NCBI GenBank assembly: GCA_963705305.1
Contig: OY970067.1
Span: 3,392,001 to 3,456,000, forward strand
From: an uncultured Methylomirabilota bacterium
GTDB lineage: Bacteria > Methylomirabilota > Methylomirabilia > Methylomirabilales > 2-02-FULL-66-22
Direction: 5' to 3'
Length of the DNA: 64,000 nucleotides
Shown here: one piece after another, positions 25,030 through 35,426 of the stretch
Layout of the letters: each line of letters begins with the position of its first letter
How positions within the stretch are numbered: the first letter of the stretch is position 1
Program-made: the position numbers and the translations under genes
Notes under the pieces: generated by a model
Told to the model about the DNA's origin: nothing
Database searches by the model: none
What the model saw: only the letters and a program-made list of their open reading frames with translations

Positions 25030-25919
25030 TGGGCCGGCTGCTTCCGGCGCTGATGTACCACCACGTCATCCTGCGCGGCGCCGACCGGCTCACGGTGGAC
25101 CTGGCCGGTTTCGAGGCCCAGGTGCGATACCTCAGGGAGCGCGGGTATGCGATGCTGCACGCCGCCGAGTTCGTGCGATGCCTGCGCGGCGAGGCCCCCG
25201 CCCCCGAGCGCGCCGTGCTTCTCACCATCGACGACGGGTATGTGGATACCTGGGCGTATGCCTTTCCTATCCTGCACCGATACCAGGCCAAGGCCACCCT
25301 CTTCCTGGTGACCGGTTGGGTCTCGGAGCGGTCAGGGCGGCGCCCCACCATCGACCCCGTTGACCCGGTGAGCCCGCCCGCCGGCTTGCCCGCTCAGCCG
25401 ACCCACGATGCCGGATTTGCGGAGCTCCGCCGCCTGGGCGCCGCCTCGTCGCTGGCCTTGACCTGGGACGAGGTGAGGTGCATGCACCAGAGCGGGCTGA
25501 TCGATGTGCAGTCGCATACGCACACGCATCCGCTCTGTCGGGTGGGGCGGGAGATTGACGAGTCGTCGTTGCGGGACGAGCTGCGCAGGTCCCGGGCCGT
25601 GATCGAGAACCGCCTGGGGTCATCCTGTCGGTACCTCTGCTGGCCGCGCGGCTGGTTCAACGAGGCCGCTGTCCGCATCGCGCGAGAAGAAGCGTACGAG
25701 GCCTGCTTCAGCACGAGGCCCGGAGCCAACGCCCCGGGAGCGGATCTGGGGGCCCTCCGGCGGATCGACGTGAAGCGAGGAACGGTCGGCTGGCTGCGGA
25801 CCCGGCTGTTCATCTACACGCGTCCGACCCTGGCGGCCTGGTACCTGCGGATTCGTGGCAAGGGTCACCACGTGCCGACCCGAGGCGAGAAGGGCGGGGC
25901 TGCTCGGCGGGCGGATTGA
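25029..25919 (+). CDS. Polysaccharide deacetylase (CE4/NodB)
   Basis: LMYHH, LTIDDGY, QSHTHTH, CWPRG. Confidence 0.88.
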   Translation: MGRLLPALMYHHVILRGADRLTVDLAGFEAQVRYLRERGYAMLHAAEFVRCLRGEAPAPERAVLLTIDDGYVDTWAYAFPILHRYQAKATLFLVTGWVSERSGRRPTIDPVDPVSPPAGLPAQPTHDAGFAELRRLGAASSLALTWDEVRCMHQSGLIDVQSHTHTHPLCRVGREIDESSLRDELRRSRAVIENRLGSSCRYLCWPRGWFNEAAVRIAREEAYEACFSTRPGANAPGADLGALRRIDVKRGTVGWLRTRLFIYTRPTLAAWYLRIRGKGHHVPTRGEKGGAARRAD

Positions 25920-25920
25920 G

Positions 25921-26045
25921 TCCTTCGATTCATACATTCGGCAACGAATGTATTCACTCAGGACTCCGTGCTGAGCGAGCGTTCTTCACTGGATCGCCCG
26001 GCATGAATACGGAGCTGAAATTGCGGGTCGAAGCACTGAGCGCAG
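25921..26045. repeat. REP-like palindromic cluster
   Basis: CCTTCGAT...ACTCAGGAC and GTGCTGAGC...GTCGAAGCA half-sites, with nested ATACATTCG-GCAA-CGAATGTAT hairpin. Confidence 0.5.
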
Positions 26046-26070
26046 ACGGGAGAGGAGCAGGCGCGCGTCC

Positions 26071-27208
26071 ATGCGAATCGCTTTGATTCGACGGCGCTAT
26101 ATGCCGTTCGGCGGCGCCGAGCGCTATACCGAGGCTCTCGTGCGGGGGTTGGCCCGGCGCGGCCATGACGTGCACCTCTTCGCCGAACGCTGGACACTGG
26201 AAAGGGGAGCGACGCCGGCTGCCTCACTGCACCGGATCCGGGTCCCGCCCGGTCCTTCCTTCCTGCAGGTGCTGGCCTTTGCGCGCGGGGCAGCCCGGGC
26301 CGTGGCGAAGGAGCGGTTCGATGCCGTCGTCAGCTTCGAGCGCACGCTGCGCCAGAGACGTCTACCGAGCCGGCGACGGCTGCCACCGGGAGTGGCTCCG
26401 CCGCCGCGGGGCAACCCTGCCGCCGGCCCGGCGCGCCCTGGTGTGGGCGAATCCGCTTCACGCGGCCTATCTGTGGCTGGAAGGCCGGATCTTTCGCGAC
26501 CCGCGCTGCCGCCTCATCATCGCCAACTCACAGCGGGGCCGGGACGAGATCGTGGCCCATTACGGGACGGACCCCGGGCGCATCGCGGTGCTGTATACCG
26601 GCGTTGATCTCGAGCGGTACCACCCCCGCGGCCGGGGCGCCCGCGGTCCGACCATGCGGCGGACGCTGGGGCTCGCCGACGAGGAGATGGCGCTCCTGCT
26701 GGTGGGCTCGGGCTTCGAACGGAAGGGCGTGGGGCCCCTGCTGGCCGCCCTCGGGATACTGCGGCGTGAGGCCGCCGACCTGCGCTGCCGTCTGGTGGTC
26801 GCCGGCCGGCGGGAGGGCCGGTACCAACGGATGGCGCGGCGGCTCGGCGTGCGGGAGGTCGTGACATTTCTGGGAGGATCCCACAACGTGGCGGATCTGT
26901 ATGCCGCCGCGGACGTGTTCGTGCTGCCCTCGCTCTACGACCCATTCAGCAATGCCTGCCTCGAAGCCATGGCGGCAGGGCTGCCGGTCGTCACCAGTCG
27001 CGGCAACGGAGCCTCGGAGCTGATCCGGGGGGGCACCGAAGGCCTCGTGCTGGAGGACCCCACCGACCCCTGGGCGATCGCCGCCGCGCTTTTCTCCCTG
27101 CGGGAGCCGACGGTCCGGGCTGCCATGGGGAGGGCCGGCCGGCAGCGGGCCGAGGAGCTGCCGTTCGACCGCCACATCGAGCAATTCCTGGCGCTGATCG
27201 CGGCGTGA
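26071..27208 (+). pseudogene. GT4 glycosyltransferase (WaaG/RfaG-like), apparent +1 frameshift near 26356
   Basis: ...SFERTLRQ in one frame continues as DVYRAGDGCHREW...YDPFSNACLEAMA in the next frame. Confidence 0.8.
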
Positions 27209-27221
27209 GAGGAAGCGGGAA

Positions 27222-28385
27222 ATGCTCAAAGTTGGGCTGGTTCGCGATAACAAGATCAACGCCTGGACGTTCCAGCGTGAAGAGTGCCTGGCGGATCGCC
27301 TGGACATGACACTCTTCGTCGGGGAGCGGAACGATTACGACGTCGGCCAGATTCGCATCCCGAAGCGGTTTCTCACGCACCGGGAGGAGCTGCGCCTGGC
27401 GGCCCGCAGCCCGCGCCTGGCCTGGACCCGGATGCGGCGGTCGCCGTTTCGACGTGCGGACTTCTACTACCACTCGCTGCGCAAGCACCTGCTGGGGTTT
27501 GACCTGGTTCACTCGGGGGATTTTCTGCGCTCGGCCTACACCCTCGCTGGTCTGCGGGAGGAGCTGGGATTCCGGCTGGTGCTCAGCTGGTGGCAGAACA
27601 TCCCCCGGTACGACATGTTCCGGGAGAAGGATGCCTTCTGGTACGCCGAGGTCGTTCCGCATGTGGACGCCTTTGTGCCTTATACCGAATCCGCGGCGCA
27701 CGCCTTGCGCATGGAGGGCGTTCCCGCAGACAGAATTCACATGATCTATCCGGGCGTGGACCTCCGGCGCTTCGTGCCAGGACCGAAAGATGCGAGCCTG
27801 ATGGGCCGCCTCCAGATCCCGGCAGATGCATTCGTGATCGCCTATGTGGGGAAGCTCGTCTCTCACAAGGGGGTCTACGTCATTCCCTACGCGCTCAAGC
27901 TGCTCGCCGATGAAGGCCTCACGAACGTGCACGTGGTCGTGGCCGGCCGCGGCGCCCAGCGGGCCACCTTGGAGAAGCTGTTGGGCATCTGGAACATGGC
28001 GGATCGCTTCCACTTCCTGGATTTCCTCGGATATCAGGAGGTGCACCGGGCTCACAGCATCGCCAACGTCTTCGTCCTGCCAAGCTATCCCACATTGACC
28101 TGGCAAGAGCAGTTCGGTTTCGTCCTGGCGGAGGCCATGGCCTCCGGGAAACCCGTGGTGGCAAGTGCCAGTGGTGGGATCCCCGAGGTGGTGGGGGATG
28201 GCGGCTTGCTCTTCCCGGCGGGAGACTTCGCGGGACTGAGCCAGCAGCTGCTTCGGCTCATACGGGACGCTGCGTTCCGGGCAGAGCTGGGGGGAAAGGC
28301 CCGGGCCAGGGCTGAGGCCCTCTTCGATCCGGCCAAGAACGCGGAGGCCCTCGGCGAGCTGTATCGGCACGTCATGCGGACGTGA
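27222..28385 (+). CDS. GT4 glycosyltransferase
   Basis: YVGKLVSHKG, WQEQFGFVLAEAMASG. Confidence 0.88.
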   Translation: MLKVGLVRDNKINAWTFQREECLADRLDMTLFVGERNDYDVGQIRIPKRFLTHREELRLAARSPRLAWTRMRRSPFRRADFYYHSLRKHLLGFDLVHSGDFLRSAYTLAGLREELGFRLVLSWWQNIPRYDMFREKDAFWYAEVVPHVDAFVPYTESAAHALRMEGVPADRIHMIYPGVDLRRFVPGPKDASLMGRLQIPADAFVIAYVGKLVSHKGVYVIPYALKLLADEGLTNVHVVVAGRGAQRATLEKLLGIWNMADRFHFLDFLGYQEVHRAHSIANVFVLPSYPTLTWQEQFGFVLAEAMASGKPVVASASGGIPEVVGDGGLLFPAGDFAGLSQQLLRLIRDAAFRAELGGKARARAEALFDPAKNAEALGELYRHVMRT

Positions 28386-28521
28386 GCGGGATGCACCCGG
28401 CGCGCGCAGGTCGGTCCTCCGCCGAGCCCGATGGGGGCCGGATGCGGAGGAAATAGTCGCCTCGAATGGGTTCGCCGGGAGGGCAGTCTGTTCTGGTGAG
28501 CGGGAGCCGCGGGAAACTCTC

Positions 28522-29685
28522 ATGGATTTGCTAGAGGGCCCTCTGGTTCGCCTATTTCGCATGGTGAAGGCGTGCGACCGGCGGCGCACGGAGCTGGGGT
28601 GTCTCGACCGGGCGCAGGTTCATCGGATCCTGATGGTCTCTTCCACCGGGATCGGGGACGCGCTCTTTTCCACGCCCGCCATCCGGGCGATGCGAGAGGC
28701 ATATCCGGATGCCTACATCGCCGGCATGTTCCGCCACCGGCATGCAGGTCTCTTCCGGAACAACCCGCACCTGGATGCCGTGATCCCGTACTACGGCAAA
28801 TACCGCCGGGTGCTGAGGACGGTCGCGGCGCTTCGGCGTGAGCGATTCGATGTGGCGGCGATCGTGCACGGGAACGATCCGGACATCATCCCTCTCGCCT
28901 ATCTCTCGGGTGCCCGATTTGTTGTGAGGATTCCGAATGAGTCCACGCGGTTCCGGTTCCTGCTGTCCAACCCGGCCCTGACGCCGGCGAACGGCCCCCT
29001 GCCGGGTCAGCACGTCCTGGACGGCCGGCTGCGCATCGCGCGGCTCTTGGGGGCGTGGGCCGATCATCGGGAGATGGTCCTGAAGGTCGACCCGGCATCG
29101 GCGGAGGCCGTGGCGACCTATCTGGAGGACCGGGGGATACGGCCGGAGGATGGCCTGGTGGGTTTCCAGGTCGGGGCGTCCACGCCGAGCCGGATGTGGT
29201 TCGGAGAGAAATTCGCCGAGCTTGGACGCCGCCTCCTGAAGCGGCATCCTGGGCTGCGCGTCGCCATCACGGGCTCCCCCGAGGAAGGTGAATACTGCCG
29301 GATGGTGGCTCGGGCGATAGGGGACGATCGCCGTGTTCTGGTGACAGCGGGGGATCTCAGTCTGCCCCAGGCGGCGGCGCTGGTGGATCGGCTGTCGGTG
29401 CTGGTCGCCTCCGACACGGGCACGCTGCACATGGCCGTCGCCCTCGGGCGGCCCGCGGTCGCCCTCTATGCCATGGCCGATTCGCGGATCACGGGTCCCG
29501 ATCCGTCGGACCCCCGCTACCGGATCATTCAGAAGTGGAGGACGTGCGACCCCTGTGTCGGGAAGGCCTGTCCGTTCCCCATCTGCATGGGAAACATCAC
29601 GGTGGATGAAGTGGAGGCCGCCGTGGGGGAACTCTTGGAGGGCGCCGCGGTTGCCGCCGATCCGCGGGTGAGGGGCCCCGCATGA
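28522..29685 (+). CDS. GT9 heptosyltransferase family
   Basis: TGIGDALFSTP, SDTGTLHMA, CDPC..C..C. Confidence 0.88.
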   Translation: MDLLEGPLVRLFRMVKACDRRRTELGCLDRAQVHRILMVSSTGIGDALFSTPAIRAMREAYPDAYIAGMFRHRHAGLFRNNPHLDAVIPYYGKYRRVLRTVAALRRERFDVAAIVHGNDPDIIPLAYLSGARFVVRIPNESTRFRFLLSNPALTPANGPLPGQHVLDGRLRIARLLGAWADHREMVLKVDPASAEAVATYLEDRGIRPEDGLVGFQVGASTPSRMWFGEKFAELGRRLLKRHPGLRVAITGSPEEGEYCRMVARAIGDDRRVLVTAGDLSLPQAAALVDRLSVLVASDTGTLHMAVALGRPAVALYAMADSRITGPDPSDPRYRIIQKWRTCDPCVGKACPFPICMGNITVDEVEAAVGELLEGAAVAADPRVRGPA

Positions 29686-30443
29686 GGGGGGAGACGGGAT
29701 CCGTGAGGATGGGTGCGGCGCGGATCGAGGAGGAGCTGGCCGGGCTGGATCGAGACTTCCCGCTGCCCGGGGGGGACGCCGAGATGGCGTGCCTGCGGCG
29801 AAAGCTCCCGGGCCTCCTCTGGGCCTGCGGTCGCATTGCGTCCCGCTGTCCAAGGGACGGGCGCGTGCTGTGTCTGGAGTGCGAGTCCGGCTACGTCGAG
29901 ATCCTGCTGAAACGCCATTACGGGTTCCGGTCGATTGTCGGGCTCTCCAGCCGGCTGTCCCCGGAGATGATCCGCCGGTTGGCGGCCTTCGGCATCCCGC
30001 TGCTGGACTGGGGGATGGCGGAGGGGCCCATCCCCGAAGCAGCGGGAGGCGCCGCGGGGATTGTGATGCCGCGGGTATCCGAGCAGATGGGCCCCGGTCT
30101 CCTCCATGTACTCAAGGAGTGCCGGCGCGCTCTGGCGACCGCCGGTGTTCTGATCCTGGGGACATCGAACGTGGTTGAGTTCGTGGGCTGGGCCGCGTCG
30201 GGCAGGGGGCACCGCACGACCTGGTTCCGGGACGGATCCCGGATGTTCGGCACAGAACGGCTGCGGCAAGATCGCCGAGGCGAGCCGAGCGAGCGGGAGC
30301 TGGCGGTCCTTCTGGGGGAGGCCGGTTACCTCATCGACGAGGCGCGCCTGGTGCGGGATGCCTTGCGGATGTCGGCGAGGCTCGGTATCGGCCCTTGGTC
30401 GCGCATGGGGTGGCACATGTATTTTGTCGCCCGCCCCGGCTAG
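29682..30443 (+). CDS. Degenerate class I methyltransferase-like protein
   Basis: Spacing of VLCLECESG and HVLKECRRALATAGVLILGTSN resembles Methyltransf_11, but key glycines are lost; ATGA overlap with upstream gene. Confidence 0.5.
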   Translation: MRGETGSVRMGAARIEEELAGLDRDFPLPGGDAEMACLRRKLPGLLWACGRIASRCPRDGRVLCLECESGYVEILLKRHYGFRSIVGLSSRLSPEMIRRLAAFGIPLLDWGMAEGPIPEAAGGAAGIVMPRVSEQMGPGLLHVLKECRRALATAGVLILGTSNVVEFVGWAASGRGHRTTWFRDGSRMFGTERLRQDRRGEPSERELAVLLGEAGYLIDEARLVRDALRMSARLGIGPWSRMGWHMYFVARPG

Positions 30444-30501
30444 CAGGCCGGGAGCGGATTTGGTATTCGAGGACTGCATCGGAGGGAGCCAGAATAGGCC
30501 G

Positions 30502-31725
30502 ATGAATCGCGCGCACGTGGTCGTCCTGGACACCGGAAAAGAGTGGGGAGGCGGCACCAACAGCCTTCTGGAGCTGCTCAGGGGCATTGACAAGGCAAGG
30601 TATAGGTTTACTTGTGTATTCTACGATGACTATCGCCAGGGCCGGGACGGCGCGAGGATCAGCGAGAGGGTTGCGGAAACGGGAGCGTCCTTCGAGAGGT
30701 TACCTCGCCGCCCACAGTCGCTGTCGGTCAAGCTGTTGAAGGAGTGCCTCCGGGCTTTCCTTTTCTTCAGCAGGAGACTCGCGCGCCGAGCCGTCTTCCG
30801 TGTAGACTATTGGTTTCGCATCCGGCAGGATGCGAGGCGGCTGTCGGAGATCCTGTGCCGGCACGCCCCTCAGTTACTGTACATGAACAATCAGCCGTCT
30901 TCCAATCTGGAAGGCATTCTGGCGGCGCAAGCCCTCGGCATTCCTGCTGTGCAGCATGCACGCATCGAAGCGACGTTAAATCCCTGCGAGGTGCGGGCCG
31001 CCAATAAGGGACTGTGCGGAATCATCGCCGTGTCGGAGGGTGTCAGACGCAGTTTGGTGGAGCAGGGCATTGATCCAACCAAGTGCGTGGTCGTCCATAA
31101 TGGGATCGCGACGGATACCGTACCCCCCATTCCGCCGGCGGTTGTCCGGGCTCGATGGGGGATCGGGGAGGGCGAGCTGGTCATCGGGACGGCAGGCTCT
31201 CTGATTCGCCGCAAGCGGATCGCCGATCTCATCGACGTTGTCGCGGCACTTATTGCCAGCGGCCATCCGTCGATCCGGTGCGTGATTGTCGGTGAGGGGA
31301 CCGAGCGAGAAAATCTGTCCGCGCACGTGGGGCGCTGTGGCCTTGCGGACACGGTCATCTTTACGGGCTTTCAACCCGATGCCATTTCGTATATCAACTC
31401 GTTTGATATGTTTGCCTTCCCTTCCGAGCGGGAAGGGTTTGGGCGGGTGATCCTGGAGGCCATGCTGATGGCGAAACCGGTCGTCGCATCGGCTGTGCGC
31501 GGGCCGTCCGAGCTTGTTGTGGACGGGGAGACTGGCTTTCTCGTGCCGGTTGGGGATGCCGAGGCTTGGCTGGATGCGTTACGGCGCCTGGCTGCGGATG
31601 CGGGGCTGCGAAAGCAGATGGGCGCCGCAGGCCGGCAACGGGTCGTGGACAACTTTTCCATCGACCGGTACGTCGCCGGAGTGGAGGCGACGCTGGCGCG
31701 AGTCCTGGCATCCCCCGCGGGCTAG
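30502..31725 (+). CDS. GT4 glycosyltransferase
   Basis: DTGKEWGGG, GSLIRRK, EGFGRVILEAM. Confidence 0.88.
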   Translation: MNRAHVVVLDTGKEWGGGTNSLLELLRGIDKARYRFTCVFYDDYRQGRDGARISERVAETGASFERLPRRPQSLSVKLLKECLRAFLFFSRRLARRAVFRVDYWFRIRQDARRLSEILCRHAPQLLYMNNQPSSNLEGILAAQALGIPAVQHARIEATLNPCEVRAANKGLCGIIAVSEGVRRSLVEQGIDPTKCVVVHNGIATDTVPPIPPAVVRARWGIGEGELVIGTAGSLIRRKRIADLIDVVAALIASGHPSIRCVIVGEGTERENLSAHVGRCGLADTVIFTGFQPDAISYINSFDMFAFPSEREGFGRVILEAMLMAKPVVASAVRGPSELVVDGETGFLVPVGDAEAWLDALRRLAADAGLRKQMGAAGRQRVVDNFSIDRYVAGVEATLARVLASPAG

Positions 31726-31743
31726 GGGAGAAGGGGTTCCGCG

Positions 31744-32994
31744 GTGTTGTACGTCGTGCTCACATGGCTTGCCTGGCCGATCCTCCAGATGCGGGTGCGC
31801 CGCCGGGCGGCGAGCGGCCCCGGGAGAGCCGAGCGCTTTCTGGTCGTTCAGACGGCCAAGATCGGGGATCTGGTGTATGCCACGCCTCTCTGGCGCGCCA
31901 TCAAGGCAGCGTGTCCGGATGCGCAGGTGACTCTGCTGGCGCACCCCGCGGCTGCCCCGCTCGTGGCGGCGGACGGCCGGCTGGAAGCGATTCTCACGGT
32001 GGACGCGGCCGCGCTGCGAGGCCTGGCCGGAAAGCGACGCCTGGCCCGCCTGATTCGACGCGGCCGGTACGACGTGGCCCTCTGCCTCACACCAAGCCTG
32101 GGACTGGCCGTGGGTCTGCTCTGGGGGCTAGTGCCTCGGATCGTCTTGCTGGTGCCCGATCCGGCCGGAGTCACGTTCCGGATTCTGGCCCGTCTCGCCA
32201 TAAGGGTGGGCCACCGGAGGGGAGAGCCCCTGGCGCAGGCCTATGCACGGCTGGTCGCGGCCGCGGGGGTGGGCGGCGACATGCGGGTGCGCACGCTCGT
32301 CCCGCCGTCCGGGGCGGAGGCCCGGGCAATGGATGTCTTGCAGAGCCACGGTGTCGGCCGGGAGACGGTCCTGGTGGGCATCGCGCCCGCAACCGGCAAT
32401 CCGGTCAAGCAGTGGCCGCCGGGCCGGTTCGCCGCCCTGGCCGATCGGATCGCAGGAGATGGGCGCGCGCGAGTGGTTTTCATCGGCTCCGCGGCAGACC
32501 GGAGTTTGGTGGGGGCAATCTTGAAGCGCATGGCGGAATCCTCGCGGGCTGCCTCCGTCGATGCCGCCGGGGCCGTCACCCTGCAGGAGCTGCCCGCCCT
32601 CCTTTCCCGTCTCACGCTTGTCGTCAGTGCCGACAGCGGGCCGCTGCATATCGCCGAGGCCGTGGGGGTCCCGGCCGTCATCGTCGGTGGACCGGCGGAT
32701 CTCCGCGAGCGGGACCTCAGGACGCCGCACATCCTGGTGCAGCCGGATCTTCCCTGCGTTCCCTGCGTATCGGCATTTGCGGCCCCCTACGCCTGCCCGC
32801 TCCGGCACCATCGGTGCGTCGGGGACACCACGGTTGGCGAGGTGTGGGCCGCAGTCGCAACCCTGCTGGAGAAGCGGGGGGAGCGCCGCCCAGACCGGAC
32901 GGCTTGCCGCCGGGAATCCCCCCGGGATCCCGCGCCGGGCCGCCGGGAGCGAATCGGCGCCGGCTCGACGAGACGATCCGGGCTACGCGGCTGA
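31744..32994 (+). CDS. GT9 heptosyltransferase family
   Basis: QTAKIGDLV, KQWP, ADSGPLHIA, PCVPC. Confidence 0.85.
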   Translation: MLYVVLTWLAWPILQMRVRRRAASGPGRAERFLVVQTAKIGDLVYATPLWRAIKAACPDAQVTLLAHPAAAPLVAADGRLEAILTVDAAALRGLAGKRRLARLIRRGRYDVALCLTPSLGLAVGLLWGLVPRIVLLVPDPAGVTFRILARLAIRVGHRRGEPLAQAYARLVAAAGVGGDMRVRTLVPPSGAEARAMDVLQSHGVGRETVLVGIAPATGNPVKQWPPGRFAALADRIAGDGRARVVFIGSAADRSLVGAILKRMAESSRAASVDAAGAVTLQELPALLSRLTLVVSADSGPLHIAEAVGVPAVIVGGPADLRERDLRTPHILVQPDLPCVPCVSAFAAPYACPLRHHRCVGDTTVGEVWAAVATLLEKRGERRPDRTACRRESPRDPAPGRRERIGAGSTRRSGLRG

Positions 32995-33122
32995 GGGGGC
33001 AAGCCCCCTATCTGCGAGAGATCCGGGGACGGAAGCGCGGGCGCGGATTGCGGCTCGGGCTCTGCGGAGGGCTGACCGCTCACTCGCGGGAATGCCCGGG
33101 CCGTAGATGCAGGAGACATGAT

Positions 33123-34217
33123 ATGGCGAATCTCCGGAGGATCCTCATCTCCTACTACCCGCGGCCTCCGATCATCGCCTACCTGAAGGATGCGTTTGCC
33201 AGAACGGGCGTGGAGGTCCACGGCTTCAATCCGGAGGTCAACAACTTATTTGACAGGCTTGTCATCCACAGCGTGAACAAGACGGCCCATAATCTCCGGA
33301 TCATTCCGAAGAGCAAGATGATCTTTAAGGACCATCCCCTGGCACACCTCCACTACCGGGGGCGGATGCTCCTGGAGGCGGTTCGGGCGGTCAGGCCGGA
33401 TGCGGTGCTCATCATCCGGGGGCGGAAGTTCACGGAGGAGGTCTATCGGGAGATTCGAAAAGAGGCGGTGCTCATGGGGTGGTGGATCGAAGGGGAAGAG
33501 GGGATGGAGGAGCGCTTTCAGGAGATGCCGCTGTTCGACCGCTACTTCGCCATGCACTCGACCTGGGTCGACGAGGGGCGTCGGCGGGGGCTCCCGAACC
33601 TCAGCCTGCTGCAGCACGCGGTGAGCCCAAAGGCCTTTCACCCGGTCGAGTGCGAAAAGCGGTACGACTGGTGCTTTGTGGGAGGGTGGTCCCCGGGACG
33701 GATGAGCCACATCGAGCGGGCCTACCGGATCTCGCGGAACGGTGTGGTGTATGGGCCCAAGTGGCTGAAGAAGAATTTCTTCAACAGGATGCTGCGCCGG
33801 ATCGTGAAGGGGAGCTATATTGCCGGGGAGGAGCTGGTCCGGTTGTACAATGAAAGCCGGGTGGTGTTGAATATTACCCGCTGGGGGGCGGAGAGCGGGG
33901 GACAGAGGAGCGGGCTGACGATGCGTGTCCTGGAAGTGCCCGCCTGCAAGGCCCTCCTCTTGACGGACGGCTCCCGGGATCTGGAAAAGGTGGTCACCCC
34001 CGGGGAGCACGTGGTGGCCCACGACGGCCTCGACGACTTCGGAAGGAAACTCGAGCACTACATTCGCCGCGGGGAAGACCGCGAGCGAATCGCGGAGCGC
34101 GGCTACCGGCACATCGTCGCCCATCATACGTACGATGCGATGGCGGAAAAGATCCGGGCGGCCTATTATGACGCGCTGGCATCAAAGGCCGTCGGAGAAG
34201 CATCCAGCCGGTCATGA
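33123..34217 (+). CDS. CgeB/DUF3880-like glycosyltransferase (GT-B)
   Basis: FVGGWSPGR, LYNESRVVLNI, MRVLEVPAC, HHTY. Confidence 0.8.
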   Translation: MANLRRILISYYPRPPIIAYLKDAFARTGVEVHGFNPEVNNLFDRLVIHSVNKTAHNLRIIPKSKMIFKDHPLAHLHYRGRMLLEAVRAVRPDAVLIIRGRKFTEEVYREIRKEAVLMGWWIEGEEGMEERFQEMPLFDRYFAMHSTWVDEGRRRGLPNLSLLQHAVSPKAFHPVECEKRYDWCFVGGWSPGRMSHIERAYRISRNGVVYGPKWLKKNFFNRMLRRIVKGSYIAGEELVRLYNESRVVLNITRWGAESGGQRSGLTMRVLEVPACKALLLTDGSRDLEKVVTPGEHVVAHDGLDDFGRKLEHYIRRGEDRERIAERGYRHIVAHHTYDAMAEKIRAAYYDALASKAVGEASSRS

Positions 34218-34304
34218 GGCGGGCGAGGGCGGCGAGCCGGCGCGGAGGCGGAGCGTGGCGCCGATTGCCAGCCGGCGCCGGGCCGCAGCGGGGGAGCGAA
34301 GGGC

Positions 34305-35270
34305 ATGCATGTCGTCTTCTATTATCCCAAGAAGCTTCCGGTCCTGGAGTACGGGGGGGTTGAGCGGGCAATCGTCTGGCTCATCGAGGGCCTTCACGAA
34401 CTTGGCCACGTCGTGACCTTCATCGGGCCTCAGGGCAGCACGGTGCCTCAGTGCAGGAACGTGCCTTTCGCATGCGAGGGTGTCAAGGTGCCGTCACCAG
34501 AACAAATTCGCGGGTTCCTTCCGCGGGATGCGGACCTCATCCATTTCAATACCGACAGCCGGTTTGAGCATGAATATGGGATCCCCTTTCTCGTCACCGT
34601 CTACGGCGCCCTAAAGGACTTCCGGGGATTGGATGGCAGGTATTGTTTCATTTCCTATGCCCAGCGAAGCTATTGGGGCTACACCCGGAACCCCGTGGTC
34701 CACATCGGCCTGAACCAGGATGAATACATCTACCGGGAGGCGAAGGACGACTACCTCCTCTTTCTCTCGCGGGTGGATTGGGATGTGAAAGGCGTCGATT
34801 GGGCGATTGAGGTGGCGGCGAGGACGGGGAGGCGCCTCATCATTGCCGGGAATGTCCACCGGAAGACATTCATAAACTCCTACTGGAGAGGCTATCTGAA
34901 GAAGAGGCTGAGCGACAGGATTCAATACGTTGGGCCCGTGGGTGGCGAGCTGAAGGCCATGCTTTTGGCAAAAGCGAGGGCGCTCATTTTTCCGACGCAG
35001 TGGTGCGAGCCGTTCGGCATCGTGACCATTGAGGCGCTTGCGAGTGGGACCCCGGTTATCACGACACGCAACGGCGCGATGCCGGAGATCGTGGAGCACG
35101 GGCAGAACGGGTTTCTGTGCAAGGATGTGGAGGAAATGGCGGAGGCGGTAACGCACATCGACAGCATCAGCGCGAGAGAGTGTGTGAAGAGGATCCGGGA
35201 AGAATTCAACCATAGGCAGATGGCGAGCGAGTACGTCAAGTTGTATGGGGCTGCTCTCGGCAAGCGCTGA
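34305..35270 (+). CDS. GT4 glycosyltransferase
   Basis: YGGVER, FLSRV..KG, EPFGIVTIEALASGTPVI. Confidence 0.88.
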   Translation: MHVVFYYPKKLPVLEYGGVERAIVWLIEGLHELGHVVTFIGPQGSTVPQCRNVPFACEGVKVPSPEQIRGFLPRDADLIHFNTDSRFEHEYGIPFLVTVYGALKDFRGLDGRYCFISYAQRSYWGYTRNPVVHIGLNQDEYIYREAKDDYLLFLSRVDWDVKGVDWAIEVAARTGRRLIIAGNVHRKTFINSYWRGYLKKRLSDRIQYVGPVGGELKAMLLAKARALIFPTQWCEPFGIVTIEALASGTPVITTRNGAMPEIVEHGQNGFLCKDVEEMAEAVTHIDSISARECVKRIREEFNHRQMASEYVKLYGAALGKR

Positions 35271-35426
35271 CGGGAGGGTAATGGGGGCGGGCGATAGGGG
35301 CGGGCCCGGCGCAACCGCGCCGGCGCCGCCCCGGCGGGTGGGGAAATAGGTGCCCATGACCGAACGGGCGAGGGGTGGACAGGAGAATGCGTGCGAGGGG
35401 ATGGCGCAAGAGTAGAGAGCGATGGC

